Below are positions 1 to 10,423 of a DNA stretch of 64,000 nt, one piece after another (position 1 is the stretch's first letter; the number at the start of each line of letters is the position of its first letter). This DNA is from Candidatus Bathyarchaeota archaeon (GTDB taxonomy: Archaea > Thermoproteota > Bathyarchaeia > 40CM-2-53-6 > RBG-13-38-9), in the NCBI GenBank assembly GCA_963807605.1, contig CAWECG010000003.1, positions 1 through 64,000 on the forward strand. Direction: 5' to 3'. The notes under the pieces were generated by a model. The model ran no database searches and was not told the DNA's origin. It saw only the letters and a list, made by a program, of their open reading frames with translations. The translations under genes were made by a program, and so were the position numbers.

Positions 1-642
1 AAGCGCTCCTTGAGGCAGCAAGATATCCTTGTTCTACATCAGATAATTATGAAGGGAATTGAGCTAGATGCCGGCAGGTTCCGAACCACAGAGATTAGGG
101 TAGGTGGCGCAGATTTCACGCCTCCTCCGGCTTACGAGGTGCCGCATCTCATCACAGAACTGGTTGACTGGTACAGCAAAAACCCTGACGAGCTACGACC
201 AATAGAATTGGCTGCAATCTTGCATTACAGATTCGTTTACATTCATCCCTTCCATGATGGAAACGGCCGAGTCTCAAGATTACTTATGAACCTCGCACTG
301 ATACGAAACGGGTATCCAACAACCGCAATTCTGAACGTAGACCGAAAGAAGTACTACGATGTGTTAAAGAAGGCAGACAACGGGGACCTGGCTCCATTCG
401 TCAGTTTTGTAGCCTCAGCGGCAGAGAGGTCTTTCGATTTATACCTAAGGGCCCTGGAACCTACTAAGAAAGAAGACGAACTTTTGACACTGGCAGCAGC
501 CAGCAAAATCTCTCCCTACAGCCAAGAATACCTCAGCCTACTCGCAAGGAAAAGGAGAATTGCCGCAGTAAAGGTCGGGAGGGAATGGATGATAACAAAA
601 AAAGAACTGCAGCGATACTCAGAAGAAATACAAAAGGATTGA
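1..642 (+). CDS. Fic family protein with C-terminal HTH (5'-partial)
   Basis: Fic motif HPFHDGNGRVSR; C-terminal excisionase-like HTH (LLTLAAASKISPYSQEYLSLLARKRRIAAVKVGREW); frame is open from base 1. Confidence 0.9.
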   Translation, partial: KRSLRQQDILVLHQIIMKGIELDAGRFRTTEIRVGGADFTPPPAYEVPHLITELVDWYSKNPDELRPIELAAILHYRFVYIHPFHDGNGRVSRLLMNLALIRNGYPTTAILNVDRKKYYDVLKKADNGDLAPFVSFVASAAERSFDLYLRALEPTKKEDELLTLAAASKISPYSQEYLSLLARKRRIAAVKVGREWMITKKELQRYSEEIQKD

Positions 643-744
643 AGCGGATTCTCTCAACTCCCTAAGCGCGCTTGCCTACTAACGCGTACTATCCTCTTCA
701 GGGACAGCGCGTACTATCTAAGCGCAAGGCTTGAATTCTCCGAC

Positions 745-825
745 CGCCTAATCCATGAGAAGTGTTCTCACAGCATGGTCAGGAAAGCCCTGATATGCTC
801 CCACCCCCTAAAGGCGGGGAGTTCT
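745..825 (+). mobile_element. Probable IS200/IS605-type right-end remnant
   Basis: Subterminal hairpin gctcccaccccctaaaggcggggagt resembling IS605 ends; no associated ORF. Confidence 0.4.
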
Positions 826-932
826 GGTGTCTCTTGGATTCATAGAGTTGCACCTTCAGGGATATCAGTGTAGCGCGCGCATTGAAAAGAATATAAGTGG
901 CATTTTACCATAACTTTAAGATCGTGGCATTC

Positions 933-1199
933 ATGGCAGAAATAGTCAGATCCGACAGATCAGGCAGGATAGTCATACCAAAGAGCCTACGTCTTGAACT
1001 AGGAATTAAGAAAGACACCACATTAATTCTCACTAAAATAAGTCATAGTCAACTTCTACTACAGAAGCTCGATGTAGATGAGATCGCCCGCAAACTCGAA
1101 GAGGAATTAACAGGCAAAGACATAGACGCCATAGTACAAACAGTCAGGAAAGAGATTCATGAAAAGATCAGAGCCAAGTACCCGGACCTTCTTACTTGA
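933..1199 (+). CDS. AbrB/MazE/SpoVT family antitoxin
   Basis: DRSGRIVIPKSLRLELGI AbrB signature; overlaps the downstream PIN gene. Confidence 0.85.
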   Translation: MAEIVRSDRSGRIVIPKSLRLELGIKKDTTLILTKISHSQLLLQKLDVDEIARKLEEELTGKDIDAIVQTVRKEIHEKIRAKYPDLLT

Positions 1200-1608
1200 C
1201 AACAACGTTTTCATAGCAGCCATAAAATACCCAAAGAAACAAACGAAAACCCTCAAATTACTTATTAGAATCATCAAAGACCAAGAAATCAAATTAGTTG
1301 GAGACAAACTTCTCGCCGAGGAAATGCTTCGATACGCTGAACTTTTAAAATCCAGGACAGCTACGACGATAGTAGGAGGGCTTCTAACAAAGACAACAAT
1401 AGTGAACGTTTCAGAGAACTACAGAAAGATCTGCAAAGCATATCTTAGGACCCCAGACAAAGCAGACATACTACACGCAGCCGCATGCCTACAGACAAGC
1501 TCCATTCTAATAACAAATGACAAGCACTTTGACAAAATACGAAAAGAGGGCATAATTAAAGTCTGGAGCATCACCGAGGCCATAAGAAAGCTCCTCATTA
1601 CCTCTTAA
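1159..1608 (+). CDS. PIN domain (VapC-type) toxin
   Basis: FLLDNNVFIAA ... D(K)ADILHAAAC ... LITNDKHF PIN motifs. Confidence 0.88.
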   Translation: MKRSEPSTRTFLLDNNVFIAAIKYPKKQTKTLKLLIRIIKDQEIKLVGDKLLAEEMLRYAELLKSRTATTIVGGLLTKTTIVNVSENYRKICKAYLRTPDKADILHAAACLQTSSILITNDKHFDKIRKEGIIKVWSITEAIRKLLITS

Positions 1609-1795
1609 GAATATCTTCACGAAGAATATAGGCTGAAAGAATGAGCAAACACACGATCTACAAGAACTTCGAGGACCTGGCTAGCGCCACCCCACGTCGC
1701 TAGAGGCATGCGACTAAAGCATCCCGAAGTCAGATACATGTCAGCAGAGAGGTTCAAGGAACTTGTCGATTCTCTCAAATCAGCGATCTCAGATG

Positions 1796-1972
1796 TTGAC
1801 ACTCCCCTGCCTAAAGAAAGGGGATTCTAGCTTCTATCATGTTCATTGGTTGGTGGGTCACTGCCCTTCTAGGCTGCCACCTCATTCCATCCCACTTTAG
1901 AAGGTTAGGGCGTGTCATCGCCCTGTTAATGACTCCCGCAGGGAGCTTAACCCCTTGAGTGAGTCCTATAGG
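1796..1972 (-). mobile_element. Orphan TnpB 3' end / right end (putative omegaRNA scaffold), no nuclease
   Basis: 1796-1925 nearly identical to the right ends of both TnpB elements; reverse strand encodes IGLTQGVKLPAGVINRAMTRPNLLKWDGMRWQP...; ends in TCAA. Confidence 0.85.
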
Positions 1973-2178
1973 ATGTTTTGTGGATCTATTGCGTAGAAAT
2001 CCTCCATCCGGAACTTTGTTGGTTCTAAACGTGAATTGTCACTTAAACCCCCACACCCACCACTTCTAGGGAGTAACTCCATCGTAGTCAGAACCTAGCG
2101 TCAAGAGAGGCTCCAAAGAAAGATGAGCGCCCCTTGAGACATTATCCATTTAGTCATTGAATTCCTTAAAGTGGGGAC

Positions 2179-2226
2179 GTGACATCCTCCCACGGCTAAA
2201 GCCGCGGGTTTTCTTGCGCATTTTCT
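2179..2226 (-). mobile_element. 48-bp palindromic IS605-derived mini-element (PATE-like), copy 1
   Basis: TTAT|agaaaatgcgcaagaaaacccgcggctttagccgtgggaggatgTCAC; near-identical to 10003-10050 and 13989-14036. Confidence 0.85.
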
Positions 2227-2389
2227 ATAAATGATGTTGAGTGGAGCTGCCAGTTCCAGTCTTCTATCCACATACGCGTCCTTCAATTCAACAGCCTTGT
2301 CTGAGAGCTCTTCGATATTGAACCATCTGGCAACTACGTGTGCACATATTCACTGCAGGATGCTCGCCTTTTACGGCCCGACATCCAGC

Positions 2390-2689
2390 CTAGAAGATTT
2401 CTTTGAGAGCCTGCGCGGCGACGTAGACACTTGACGCCCCCGTAACGTATTGTGCAACTCGCAAAGCCTCCCCAACCTCTTCTTTTGTCGCGCCTGCCTG
2501 CATTGCTGCTTGAGCCAAGTTCTTTACACCTTGAACCGTGCCTAGTGATGCGTCTAGAGCCATTGCTATGAGCAACTTGAACTTCCTAGGCAGAGCACCA
2601 TCAGAAAGAGCGAACTTATTGTTGTTCTCAACTAGCTTGAGAAGTTCCGGATCGAGCCTCTCGAAGACCTTCAAAGGATTTTCGGACAT
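2390..2689 (-). CDS. Carboxymuconolactone decarboxylase/AhpD-like protein
   Basis: GALPRKFKLLIAMALDA...AMQAGATKEEVGEAL pattern. Confidence 0.85.
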   Translation of the reverse strand: MSENPLKVFERLDPELLKLVENNNKFALSDGALPRKFKLLIAMALDASLGTVQGVKNLAQAAMQAGATKEEVGEALRVAQYVTGASSVYVAAQALKEIF

Positions 2690-2869
2690 TTTATCACCCA
2701 GAGAAGTAGCAAGATCTTATGCTTAGAGTTATCGCACCAATCAAAGACCAGGCCCAAATAGACAACAGAATGGGTAGCGCTGGGTTCTGTAGGCTGGCCA
2801 CAGACCCGCGCGCCGTAGTCTATCCCTGATCCTTAAGGGTATTTTCCACCTTCTCTGAAACGTCTTTAC

Positions 2870-4241
2870 ATTGAACTGGCAAGAAAGCCCACCCCTTCAG
2901 GGGTGGGATGAATTGCCCTCCAGACAAAATGTTTGGGGCTTAAATGTCTGGTGTTTCAATATTAATATTGGTAGTTTCATGCGGAGAGCGAATACCTTCA
3001 TCCTTGATCCAACGGTGGAGCAAGAGAGGATACTGAGGGATAAAGCTACCAACTGTGCCAAACTTTGGAATAAGGCAACCTACCGCAAAAGACAGGCATA
3101 CATGAACTATCAACCCATAGATTGGAAGTGCAAAGACCTCTACCAGAAATACGCACCATTGATTGATTCAGCCACAGCACAGCAGATCATCAGGAAGAGC
3201 AACGAGTCATGGAGAAGCTTCTTTGCATTAAAGCAGCTAGAGCGAGAGGGTAAACTGCCTCCGAACATGGAGAAGGTGTGTATGCCTGGATTCTGGAAGA
3301 GGGATGGAAAATACAAGTTGATGTTGGTTCTGAGGAACGATTGCTACAGTGTAAAGGATGGAGTGATGAAGCTACCAAAGAAGTTGAAAATACCCATCCG
3401 AGGCAAACCCAGATGGAATGGTAAGCAGGGTAGGGCCGAGGTCATCTATGATGATTTGGCTGGAAAGTGGCGTGTCTTTCAGGCTGTTAAAATAAAGCCA
3501 ATCTTCAAGCCGCAAGGCTCCAAGACATGCTACATAGACCCCGGTGTAATCAACCTGTTCACCATCTGGCTTGAAGGATGGAGACAACCAATAGCATACA
3601 GTGGCAGAAATCTACTCTCTGATTGGTGGTACTGGAATAGGAGAATAGCAAATTGCCAGAGCACACTTGAAACAATCAACGGCAAGAAAAGTTCGAAGAG
3701 ACTCAGCGAACTCTACAGGATAAAGCAACGGAGATTCCGACAAGCAATCAACACCATGATAAGAAACATGGTAAGAGACCTCTATGATCTCGGTGTTTCA
3801 AAGATTATGATAGGAGACCTAACAGGCATAAGAGAGAACAATGATAATGGAAAGAAGAGCAACTCGATGATCCATAACTTCTGGAGCTTCAAATACATCA
3901 TTCAAAGACTAAAGTGTACGGCACAAGAATACGGCATAAGAGTGAAGGAAATCAGCGAATACAAGACTTCAAGCAGATGCATAAGATGTGGATCAGAGAA
4001 CATTGAGAGGAAAGGCAGACTCTTCAAGTGTCTAGAATGTGGATTGGAGGCTCATAGGGATGCTATTGGCGTCTTGAATATGGCAAACCTTCAGTATGAA
4101 GGAACAGCTATCAGGGTGATGACACACCCTAACCTTCTAAAATGGGATGGAATGAGGTGGCAGCCTAGAAGGGCAGTGACCCACCAACCAATGAACATGA
4201 TAGAAGCTAGAATCCCATGTCTTTAGGCAGGGGAGTGTCAA
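2870..4241 (+). mobile_element. IS200/IS605 family (IS1341-type, tnpB only) element, copy A
   Basis: Left hairpin cccaccccttcaggggtggg after TTTAC; right hairpin ending TCAA; boundaries shared with copy B. Confidence 0.9.
2979..4226 (+). CDS. tnpB: RNA-guided endonuclease TnpB
   Basis: RuvC-I YIDPG, IGDL, SEYKTSSRC, zinc finger CxxC...CxxC, HRDAIGVLN; ATG at 2979 matches the start of copy B. Confidence 0.93.
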   Translation: MRRANTFILDPTVEQERILRDKATNCAKLWNKATYRKRQAYMNYQPIDWKCKDLYQKYAPLIDSATAQQIIRKSNESWRSFFALKQLEREGKLPPNMEKVCMPGFWKRDGKYKLMLVLRNDCYSVKDGVMKLPKKLKIPIRGKPRWNGKQGRAEVIYDDLAGKWRVFQAVKIKPIFKPQGSKTCYIDPGVINLFTIWLEGWRQPIAYSGRNLLSDWWYWNRRIANCQSTLETINGKKSSKRLSELYRIKQRRFRQAINTMIRNMVRDLYDLGVSKIMIGDLTGIRENNDNGKKSNSMIHNFWSFKYIIQRLKCTAQEYGIRVKEISEYKTSSRCIRCGSENIERKGRLFKCLECGLEAHRDAIGVLNMANLQYEGTAIRVMTHPNLLKWDGMRWQPRRAVTHQPMNMIEARIPCL

Positions 4242-4261
4242 GTGCTGATAAATTGCCACTT

Positions 4262-5506
4262 ATGAGATACTTGGATAAGCTTGAAGCATATTTCAAAGTT
4301 CAGAATCCAGTGGTTCGGGCCTTCGTCCCTGAAGGAAAGCGGTTTGAACGGGTGCGTCGGCAGGCTGAAGAACTGCTAGCCCATTATCCCCAGCCGGATA
4401 GACGACCACCGCTTTTCGGCGTTCCTGTCGGTGTTAAAGACATTTTCCATGTCGAAGGAATTGATACCCAAGCCGGGAGCAAACTACCGCCTGAAGAATT
4501 GAGAGGCAAAGAAGCAGAATGCGTCACCACCCTAAAGAAAGCAGGGGCATTGATTCTTGGCAAGACTGTAACAACTGAGTTTGCCTACTTCGCACCGGGC
4601 ATGACTAGAAACCCACACAATTTGGATCATACACCTGGCGGTTCTAGCAGCGGTTCTGCCGCGGCCGTCTCATCCGAACTATGTCCCCTAGCTCTAGGAA
4701 CTCAAACCACCGGCTCCATCATTCGTCCAGCCTCATTCTGCGGTGTTATAGGTTACAAACCCAGTTATGATCGAATCTCACGAGCAGGAGTCATCCCTCT
4801 CTCACCGTCATTGGATCACGTAGGATTCTTTGTATCTGATCTCAAAGGAGCGAACTTAGTGGCCAGCCTTCTTTGTAGCGACTGGAAAGCGAAAGTACCC
4901 TATCATAAACCCGTTTTGGGCATCCCTAGGGGCCCCTACCTTACACACGCCTCAAAAGAAGGCCTGATTCACTATCGTACTATCTGCAAACACTTGACTG
5001 AAGCAGGATTTGAAGTCAAGTCTATAAACGTCATGTCTGACTTTGACGAGATATGCGCTCGCCATGAACTAATTACGGCAGCTGAGATAGCTCGGGTTCA
5101 CAAAGACTGGTTTTCCAAGTTCGGTGACCTGTATCACCCAATAACTCGGGAGATCATAAAGCGCGGCCAGTCGATCACCGAAGAGGCACTAAAACATGCC
5201 TTGCGTGGCCGTGAGAAACTGAGGACCGCACTGACCAAACTCATGAAAGAGAACAGTATCGACCTCTTACTCTCTCCAGCCGCGACGGGCCCAGCTCCAA
5301 AGGGTCTTGAGAGCACTGGCGATCCAATAATGAACCTGCCTTGGACTCACAGTGGTCTGCCGACTTTGAATCTGCCATCCGGCTTCAGCCAGAACGGCTT
5401 ACCCATGGGGTTACAGATAACTGCAGGCTGGTACAACGATGAAGAATTACTGGTTTGGTCCGCGGATATAGCGCCTCCCCTGAACACGCGTGCCTCGTTT
5501 TCCTAA
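4262..5506 (+). CDS. Amidase (amidase signature family)
   Basis: GVPVGVKD, PGGSSSGSAAAV, GTQTTGSIIRPASFCG; 5' end interrupted by the TnpB element, so the start is uncertain. Confidence 0.9.
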   Translation: MRYLDKLEAYFKVQNPVVRAFVPEGKRFERVRRQAEELLAHYPQPDRRPPLFGVPVGVKDIFHVEGIDTQAGSKLPPEELRGKEAECVTTLKKAGALILGKTVTTEFAYFAPGMTRNPHNLDHTPGGSSSGSAAAVSSELCPLALGTQTTGSIIRPASFCGVIGYKPSYDRISRAGVIPLSPSLDHVGFFVSDLKGANLVASLLCSDWKAKVPYHKPVLGIPRGPYLTHASKEGLIHYRTICKHLTEAGFEVKSINVMSDFDEICARHELITAAEIARVHKDWFSKFGDLYHPITREIIKRGQSITEEALKHALRGREKLRTALTKLMKENSIDLLLSPAATGPAPKGLESTGDPIMNLPWTHSGLPTLNLPSGFSQNGLPMGLQITAGWYNDEELLVWSADIAPPLNTRASFS

Positions 5507-5728
5507 TTGTAGTCACTCCATTGCTACACTATCTAGATCATGATGCAACCACGGCGTCGAAAGTCAGTATTGATCTACCATTCCACCCATTTCTCCACTG
5601 GACATCTTAGCGATCGAGCGTTCGCTCCCATGCACCAGACGACCACCACGGACGCGCTCTCTATACCAAGGTTGGGAAATTTTCTTTCTAAGACTACATA
5701 ACTGATCAGTCGCATGGATGTGAGGGCG

Positions 5729-6559
5729 ATGGTCTTTGTTACCGAGGTCAGAGGTATCACTGAAGAACATGATCACAGCAAAGTGGTTCAAACATGTCTG
5801 AGACTGCACTCAACAAGAGAAATGGCGGAAAAGCTGGCTGATAGAATTGAAGCCAAATTGTACGACAGCATATCAACAGAAGAAATCCTCAGAATGATCT
5901 ACAGCTATCTCGCAGAGAACAGACCCCAGGTAAAATATGAGGTTGATTTGAGAAAGGCCATCAGCCTGCTAAGGTCCAAGCCAGACTTTGAAATTTATGT
6001 TCGAAAGTTACTAAGCGAACATGGCTACAAAGTGGAAGGACCGCTTATTGTCAGAGGACGATGTGTGGAACATGAGATCGACACAATCGCGACGAAGAAT
6101 GGAGAAACGACGTATGTTGAAGTAAAACACCATCTTTGGCCCAATAGGTACACTGGTCTGGACATATTCTTGGAAGCCAATTCGACATTCGAGGACTTGG
6201 TCAGCGGTAACAAGATAGATTTGAACAAGATCCTATTCAACAAGGCTTTGGTGGTCTGCAATACCAAACTCTCAGACCACGCTCGAAGATACGCGGATTG
6301 TGCGCAGATCATGTATATCGCGTGGAAGTCACCTCCAGCTGCCTCACTGGAAAGAATGATTGAGGAGAAGAGGCTTTACCCGATTACATTGATCAGAACC
6401 CTGGACAGCAAGACCGAAGCAAAGCTGGCTGATGCGGGTGTTCTCCTCTTGCGCGAATTGTTAAATTCAGACTTGAAAGAATTGTCCGGCACAACAGGAA
6501 TCTTTAGAGATAGACTTGAGAAACTAGTTCAGAGAGCCGCAGAGATAACGAAGATTTGA
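5729..6559 (+). CDS. ATP-cone-like domain plus Mrr-like PD-(D/E)xK nuclease
   Basis: N-terminal ATP-cone-like helical region; EHEIDTIA...YVEVKHH nuclease motif. Confidence 0.7.
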   Translation: MVFVTEVRGITEEHDHSKVVQTCLRLHSTREMAEKLADRIEAKLYDSISTEEILRMIYSYLAENRPQVKYEVDLRKAISLLRSKPDFEIYVRKLLSEHGYKVEGPLIVRGRCVEHEIDTIATKNGETTYVEVKHHLWPNRYTGLDIFLEANSTFEDLVSGNKIDLNKILFNKALVVCNTKLSDHARRYADCAQIMYIAWKSPPAASLERMIEEKRLYPITLIRTLDSKTEAKLADAGVLLLRELLNSDLKELSGTTGIFRDRLEKLVQRAAEITKI

Positions 6560-6733
6560 GTGACGGACGCGCAGACGAGGCCTAAAGATTAGGCACTACA
6601 GGCACACATAGCGGACGAGGGGAAATGACGCATTTAAGGTTCTGGAAGCAGTTACAGAATTCCAGTGGGTTCATATGCCGACGCTACGAGGAGATTCATG
6701 ATCGAATCCGTGAATTCTTGAGTTGAAAGTCTC

Positions 6734-7573
6734 TTGGGCAGACTATCACGTAGAAAGTTCCTCTATACTGGCGCTGCCGCTACAATAGTAGGCGTAGGCT
6801 ATCTTTCAAAGGACTACTGGTATCCAGTCACACGAGAAAAATACAAGGGACTTTACAGACAATTGTTCCGTGAAGCCAGTCCTACCGTGGCATCAACTAC
6901 TAGCCCTACTACCGCGGAGTCACCTATACCAAGTCCTGCAATAACCCCAACGCCTAGCCCAACTGAGACCCAAACATTAACCACCCCTCAACCAACGAGT
7001 ACAGGATTGCCCCCCGGTCAACATGAGATAGACGCGATTCTGAGATGGAACATAGACCATCCAGGAATAGTATCACAGAATCCGAAGCTTGATCTAGAAA
7101 GTTGGAAGCTATCAATCAATGGGGAGATCGAGGATCCTCTTACTTTTAGCTGGAAGGATTTCCTTAACCTGCCATCTATCGAATCCATCAGTGATTTTCA
7201 CTGCGTAGAAGGCTGGAGTGTCAGAAACTGCAGATGGGACGGCGTTTCATTCAAGTCCTTGGTAGACTCAGCGAAGCCAACAGCAGACGCGAAGTACGTC
7301 TCTTTCAGCTGCGCCGACGGATACACAACATCTTCACTTCTTGCAGATCTACTCAAAGACAACGTCCTCTTGGCATACAGACTCAACGACTCACCCCTTG
7401 AAGAATCTCTCGGCGGACCGATGAGGTTAGTCGCCCCTGACAAATACGGCTACAAAAGCGCCATGTGGATCCAAGAGATTCGCTTTACAAAGATGACAGA
7501 ACATGGATTCTGGCAAAGTCAAGGATACAGCGACACAGCCGACGTCTGGAAAGACGATCGATTTTCAAAATAA
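6734..7573 (+). CDS. Tat-exported molybdopterin-dependent oxidoreductase (sulfite oxidase/MsrP-like)
   Basis: SRRKFL Tat motif; DFHCVEGWS, GGPMRLVAPDKYGYKSAMWI. Confidence 0.88.
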   Translation: MGRLSRRKFLYTGAAATIVGVGYLSKDYWYPVTREKYKGLYRQLFREASPTVASTTSPTTAESPIPSPAITPTPSPTETQTLTTPQPTSTGLPPGQHEIDAILRWNIDHPGIVSQNPKLDLESWKLSINGEIEDPLTFSWKDFLNLPSIESISDFHCVEGWSVRNCRWDGVSFKSLVDSAKPTADAKYVSFSCADGYTTSSLLADLLKDNVLLAYRLNDSPLEESLGGPMRLVAPDKYGYKSAMWIQEIRFTKMTEHGFWQSQGYSDTADVWKDDRFSK

Positions 7574-8067
7574 GAGACGAGAAAAAATTGGGTAATCCAC
7601 GGAAGATTATGCATCTAGTCTTAGGCCAAGCGTGGGCTATCCTCTTCTCTCTCACCAGCCTACTTGCTTTCAAATTAGCGCACGCGAATATGAGATAGAT
7701 CTTCGACAGAGTGTAAAAAGGTCGTTACTACCCTCGTCAAAGATCAATCAACAAAAAATTTCTTGCGGTATTGCGCTATATGATTTCTCGCGAGCAGATG
7801 GTGACGACCATGACGACGTTGACGAATTAGTTAACGCTGAAAGTGACGAAAACAACACAAACCATGCGAGAAGAATTCCACGTAATTGGTGGAGTATGCA
7901 GGTCTACTCAGGATAATCTACTCATGATAAATGGCGTCTCTTTCAAAATGCCTCTTGATGCAGGCTTATACGGTCCTTCGATAACACAAAGGTTGAACTA
8001 ATTATCTAACACGCGCTTAAACGCGAGGGATGGTTGAATTCCAGGATTATTGATTATATTTTGAGAT

Positions 8068-8607
8068 TTAGAGTTCTAGGGCCATGCATATCTCGTCTAC
8101 GTATCCATTCCCTTCCCGCACGACTTTCGGCCATCTCCCCACTTCTCTAAAACCAATCTTCTCATAGAGATATTTCGCCTGCTGGTTCGAGTCGAAGACG
8201 GTTAAATGCAGAAGTTCCAACCCAATCCTCCTTGACTCCTCAATGAGTATCTGCATCATCTCTGTTCCAATCCCGGCATTACGATAACCGTTCTTGACCG
8301 CAATATACAGTAATCCGACATGACTAGTCCTTTCTATTCCTCGGCGAACCCCAGAGTTTCCAATGATGCTCCCGTCAATCTCTGCTATCACCGAAATCAC
8401 AATGCCCTTCTCAATCTCTGCCAGTAAATTCCTTAGCCAGTCGGCCTCGTTCTCAAGCGTCAGCCTCTCTTCTAACAGTAAATCTGCCTGCTCATCAACA
8501 AGCGAGTTGATAAAGTCCAAGAAGTCGTGGAGATCACTCATTCTAGCGGTTCTAAGAGTGACCTTTCGATTGTTGATAGTATGAAGCTCCGCGTAAACCT
8601 TCTCCAT
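8068..8607 (-). CDS. GNAT family N-acetyltransferase
   Basis: YRNAGIGTEMM and NQQAKYLYEKIGF GNAT motifs. Confidence 0.9.
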   Translation of the reverse strand: MEKVYAELHTINNRKVTLRTARMSDLHDFLDFINSLVDEQADLLLEERLTLENEADWLRNLLAEIEKGIVISVIAEIDGSIIGNSGVRRGIERTSHVGLLYIAVKNGYRNAGIGTEMMQILIEESRRIGLELLHLTVFDSNQQAKYLYEKIGFREVGRWPKVVREGNGYVDEICMALEL

Positions 8608-8746
8608 TCACAATCGCCTCAACCAACGTTATGGAGTAGAGCAACAATCTCCAATATCACTAATAGAAATGAGCCTAAAACTCTCTTTAAGATAGCGCAC
8701 TCTGCTAGCTTTTCAAGGGATCAAGAGACCCGGCTAAGGAAGAATT

Positions 8747-8758
8747 TGGTGGACCGGG
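8747..8758 (-). repeat. Copy of the tRNA-Ala 3' end (att-like)
   Basis: tggtggaccggg identical to 27983-27994, same orientation. Confidence 0.5.
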
Positions 8759-9071
8759 ATAGCTTTAAACTATCGTTTAAAACTATCAACTAAGCAGACT
8801 TCCAGCTAAAAGAGAGCGGAATAATAGCCGAAAACAAGCTTAAGATCAGCTCGACATAACTGTAGTTGATAGACCGGGCAAAAGATTGGCACCATTTTCT
8901 ACTCTAGAATCAAGTGTAAAAATCGCGCAGGTTTGAATCCATAAAAGTCTGAACTCACGGGCCAGATAAGATGACTAATGAAACTCTTTCATCTTTTCTA
9001 TCGCGTGTTTGTGGCTTCGCTTACCTAAATGCCTTCGACTATTAATGAACGCTATCATGAGGTCCCACCCA

Positions 9072-9767
9072 CTATGTCTTGTATCCCTGTCCTGTGTATC
9101 CACACATCCCGACTCGCTGGGAATTAACCACTGGCAGAAGACTTTCTTCGCCGCATCTATGCTTGCGGGCGCACTCGTCGCAGAGCCAATCTTCGCATGA
9201 CGAGATGCATACACTGCATACCTGCGTGGCGATTTTCCCGCATGAACAGGTTATTGAAGGAGGATCATTTCTAGCCAGAACTTGAACGGACTTACCCCTA
9301 GTTTTTTCTTCTCGTTCAGATACAACTCTCAAGGTAAGCTCCGTGGTGGTGCCGAAGTCATACTTATGGTAAAACCTTATCTTGGACCTGAGAATCTCAC
9401 CCAGTTGCACATCCATGTCTTTTTCATCTTCAGCAGGCTTTGATAGATATGTTTTCCCCTCGATTGTAAACGCGCTCAGGTGCCCGCAACAATCCAGCCA
9501 AGTTCGCCTGAGGAAACTGTCCAAATATTTGAGTGTTGCATCGATAGGGGCTTCTATATGTATCCAATACCCGTGCAGGTAACGACCCTCGACCAAAAGG
9601 TGGAACACCGTTTTCTTCGATCCCTGATCGCCCGATAGCATCCTGAGGCGGCTTTTTCTCTGCTTGCACAACACCAAATGCCTCGTCATCATAGCCTTAA
9701 TGAAGCTAGCATTGCAAAAACTACACTTTCCTCGCGACATTCGCCTCTTCATTTCTCGCTTCCCCAT
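9072..9767 (-). CDS. pRiA4b ORF-3-like Cys-rich hypothetical protein
   Basis: LDSFLRRTWLDCCGHLSAF, YDFGTTTEL, VVNSQRVGMCGY. Confidence 0.65.
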   Translation of the reverse strand: MGKREMKRRMSRGKCSFCNASFIKAMMTRHLVLCKQRKSRLRMLSGDQGSKKTVFHLLVEGRYLHGYWIHIEAPIDATLKYLDSFLRRTWLDCCGHLSAFTIEGKTYLSKPAEDEKDMDVQLGEILRSKIRFYHKYDFGTTTELTLRVVSEREEKTRGKSVQVLARNDPPSITCSCGKIATQVCSVCISSCEDWLCDECARKHRCGEESLLPVVNSQRVGMCGYTGQGYKT

Positions 9768-9790
9768 TTTAAGAGCGCTTGCTGGCGCGC

Positions 9791-10367
9791 TTTAGACCTT
9801 CGATCAGGAAACCAAGGTAGAAAATCAAGTACTGCAGCGGTCCAGCATGCCCAACCGCACCACGCTCTGTTGAAAAGGAAAGATCCAAAGATCTTGGCTA
9901 TTGAATAATGAATAACCGACGCAGCAAATAGTCCGCCAAGCAGCCAGAAAAAAATCCCTCAATCTGCATATTCTCAGGAACGATTACACCAAAAACACAT
10001 AGGTGACATCCTCCCATGGCTAAAGCCGTGGGATGAATTGCGCATTTTCTATAAAACCGAAACCGAGTCCGAGAAACATATATCCGCCAACAAGAACTTG
10101 GCTTAGACGTCGAGCACGATCTCTCTTGTTCTTCGCTAGTACTGGCCAAAGCCCCATCCCTAGACCGATTGAAGTCCCTATTAGAATGAAATTCACCAGA
10201 TGGAATAGACTGCCAGTTGTGTACCATAATGTGAAAGCGATTGCGTAGAAGATGCAGAGGACAACTATCGTCATTGAATAATTCCTAATTCTCATGTTTC
10301 CAAGTGCTCGATCCATTTTCGTTTTAGCACTCTCAGGTAGCATGTTAGCACGCGTCGAATAAGTCAC
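9791..10367 (-). pseudogene. 4Fe-4S binding membrane protein (NapH/MauN-like), disrupted
   Basis: TM helices then FNRAWCGWACWTAAVLDFLP across frameshifts; interrupted by a 48-bp element and truncated near 9790. Confidence 0.75.
10003..10050 (-). mobile_element. 48-bp PATE-like mini-element, copy 2
   Basis: Inserted 3' of TTAT; removal restores GF-I-Y-V codons with no target duplication. Confidence 0.88.
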
Positions 10368-10423
10368 TCCATATTGACACGCTAACTTATACTTCAGTGA
10401 TAAGAAGGACGCGAATAAAGAAG

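Noticed and set aside
2871-2978. N-terminal extension of TnpB in the ORF track
   Set aside because: It reads through the left-end hairpin; copy B starts at the Met equivalent to 2979.
7651-7664. ctcaccagcc as another core (also 10941, 10967, about 19582, about 49891)
   Set aside because: No clear arms; 7-mer matches are expected by chance.
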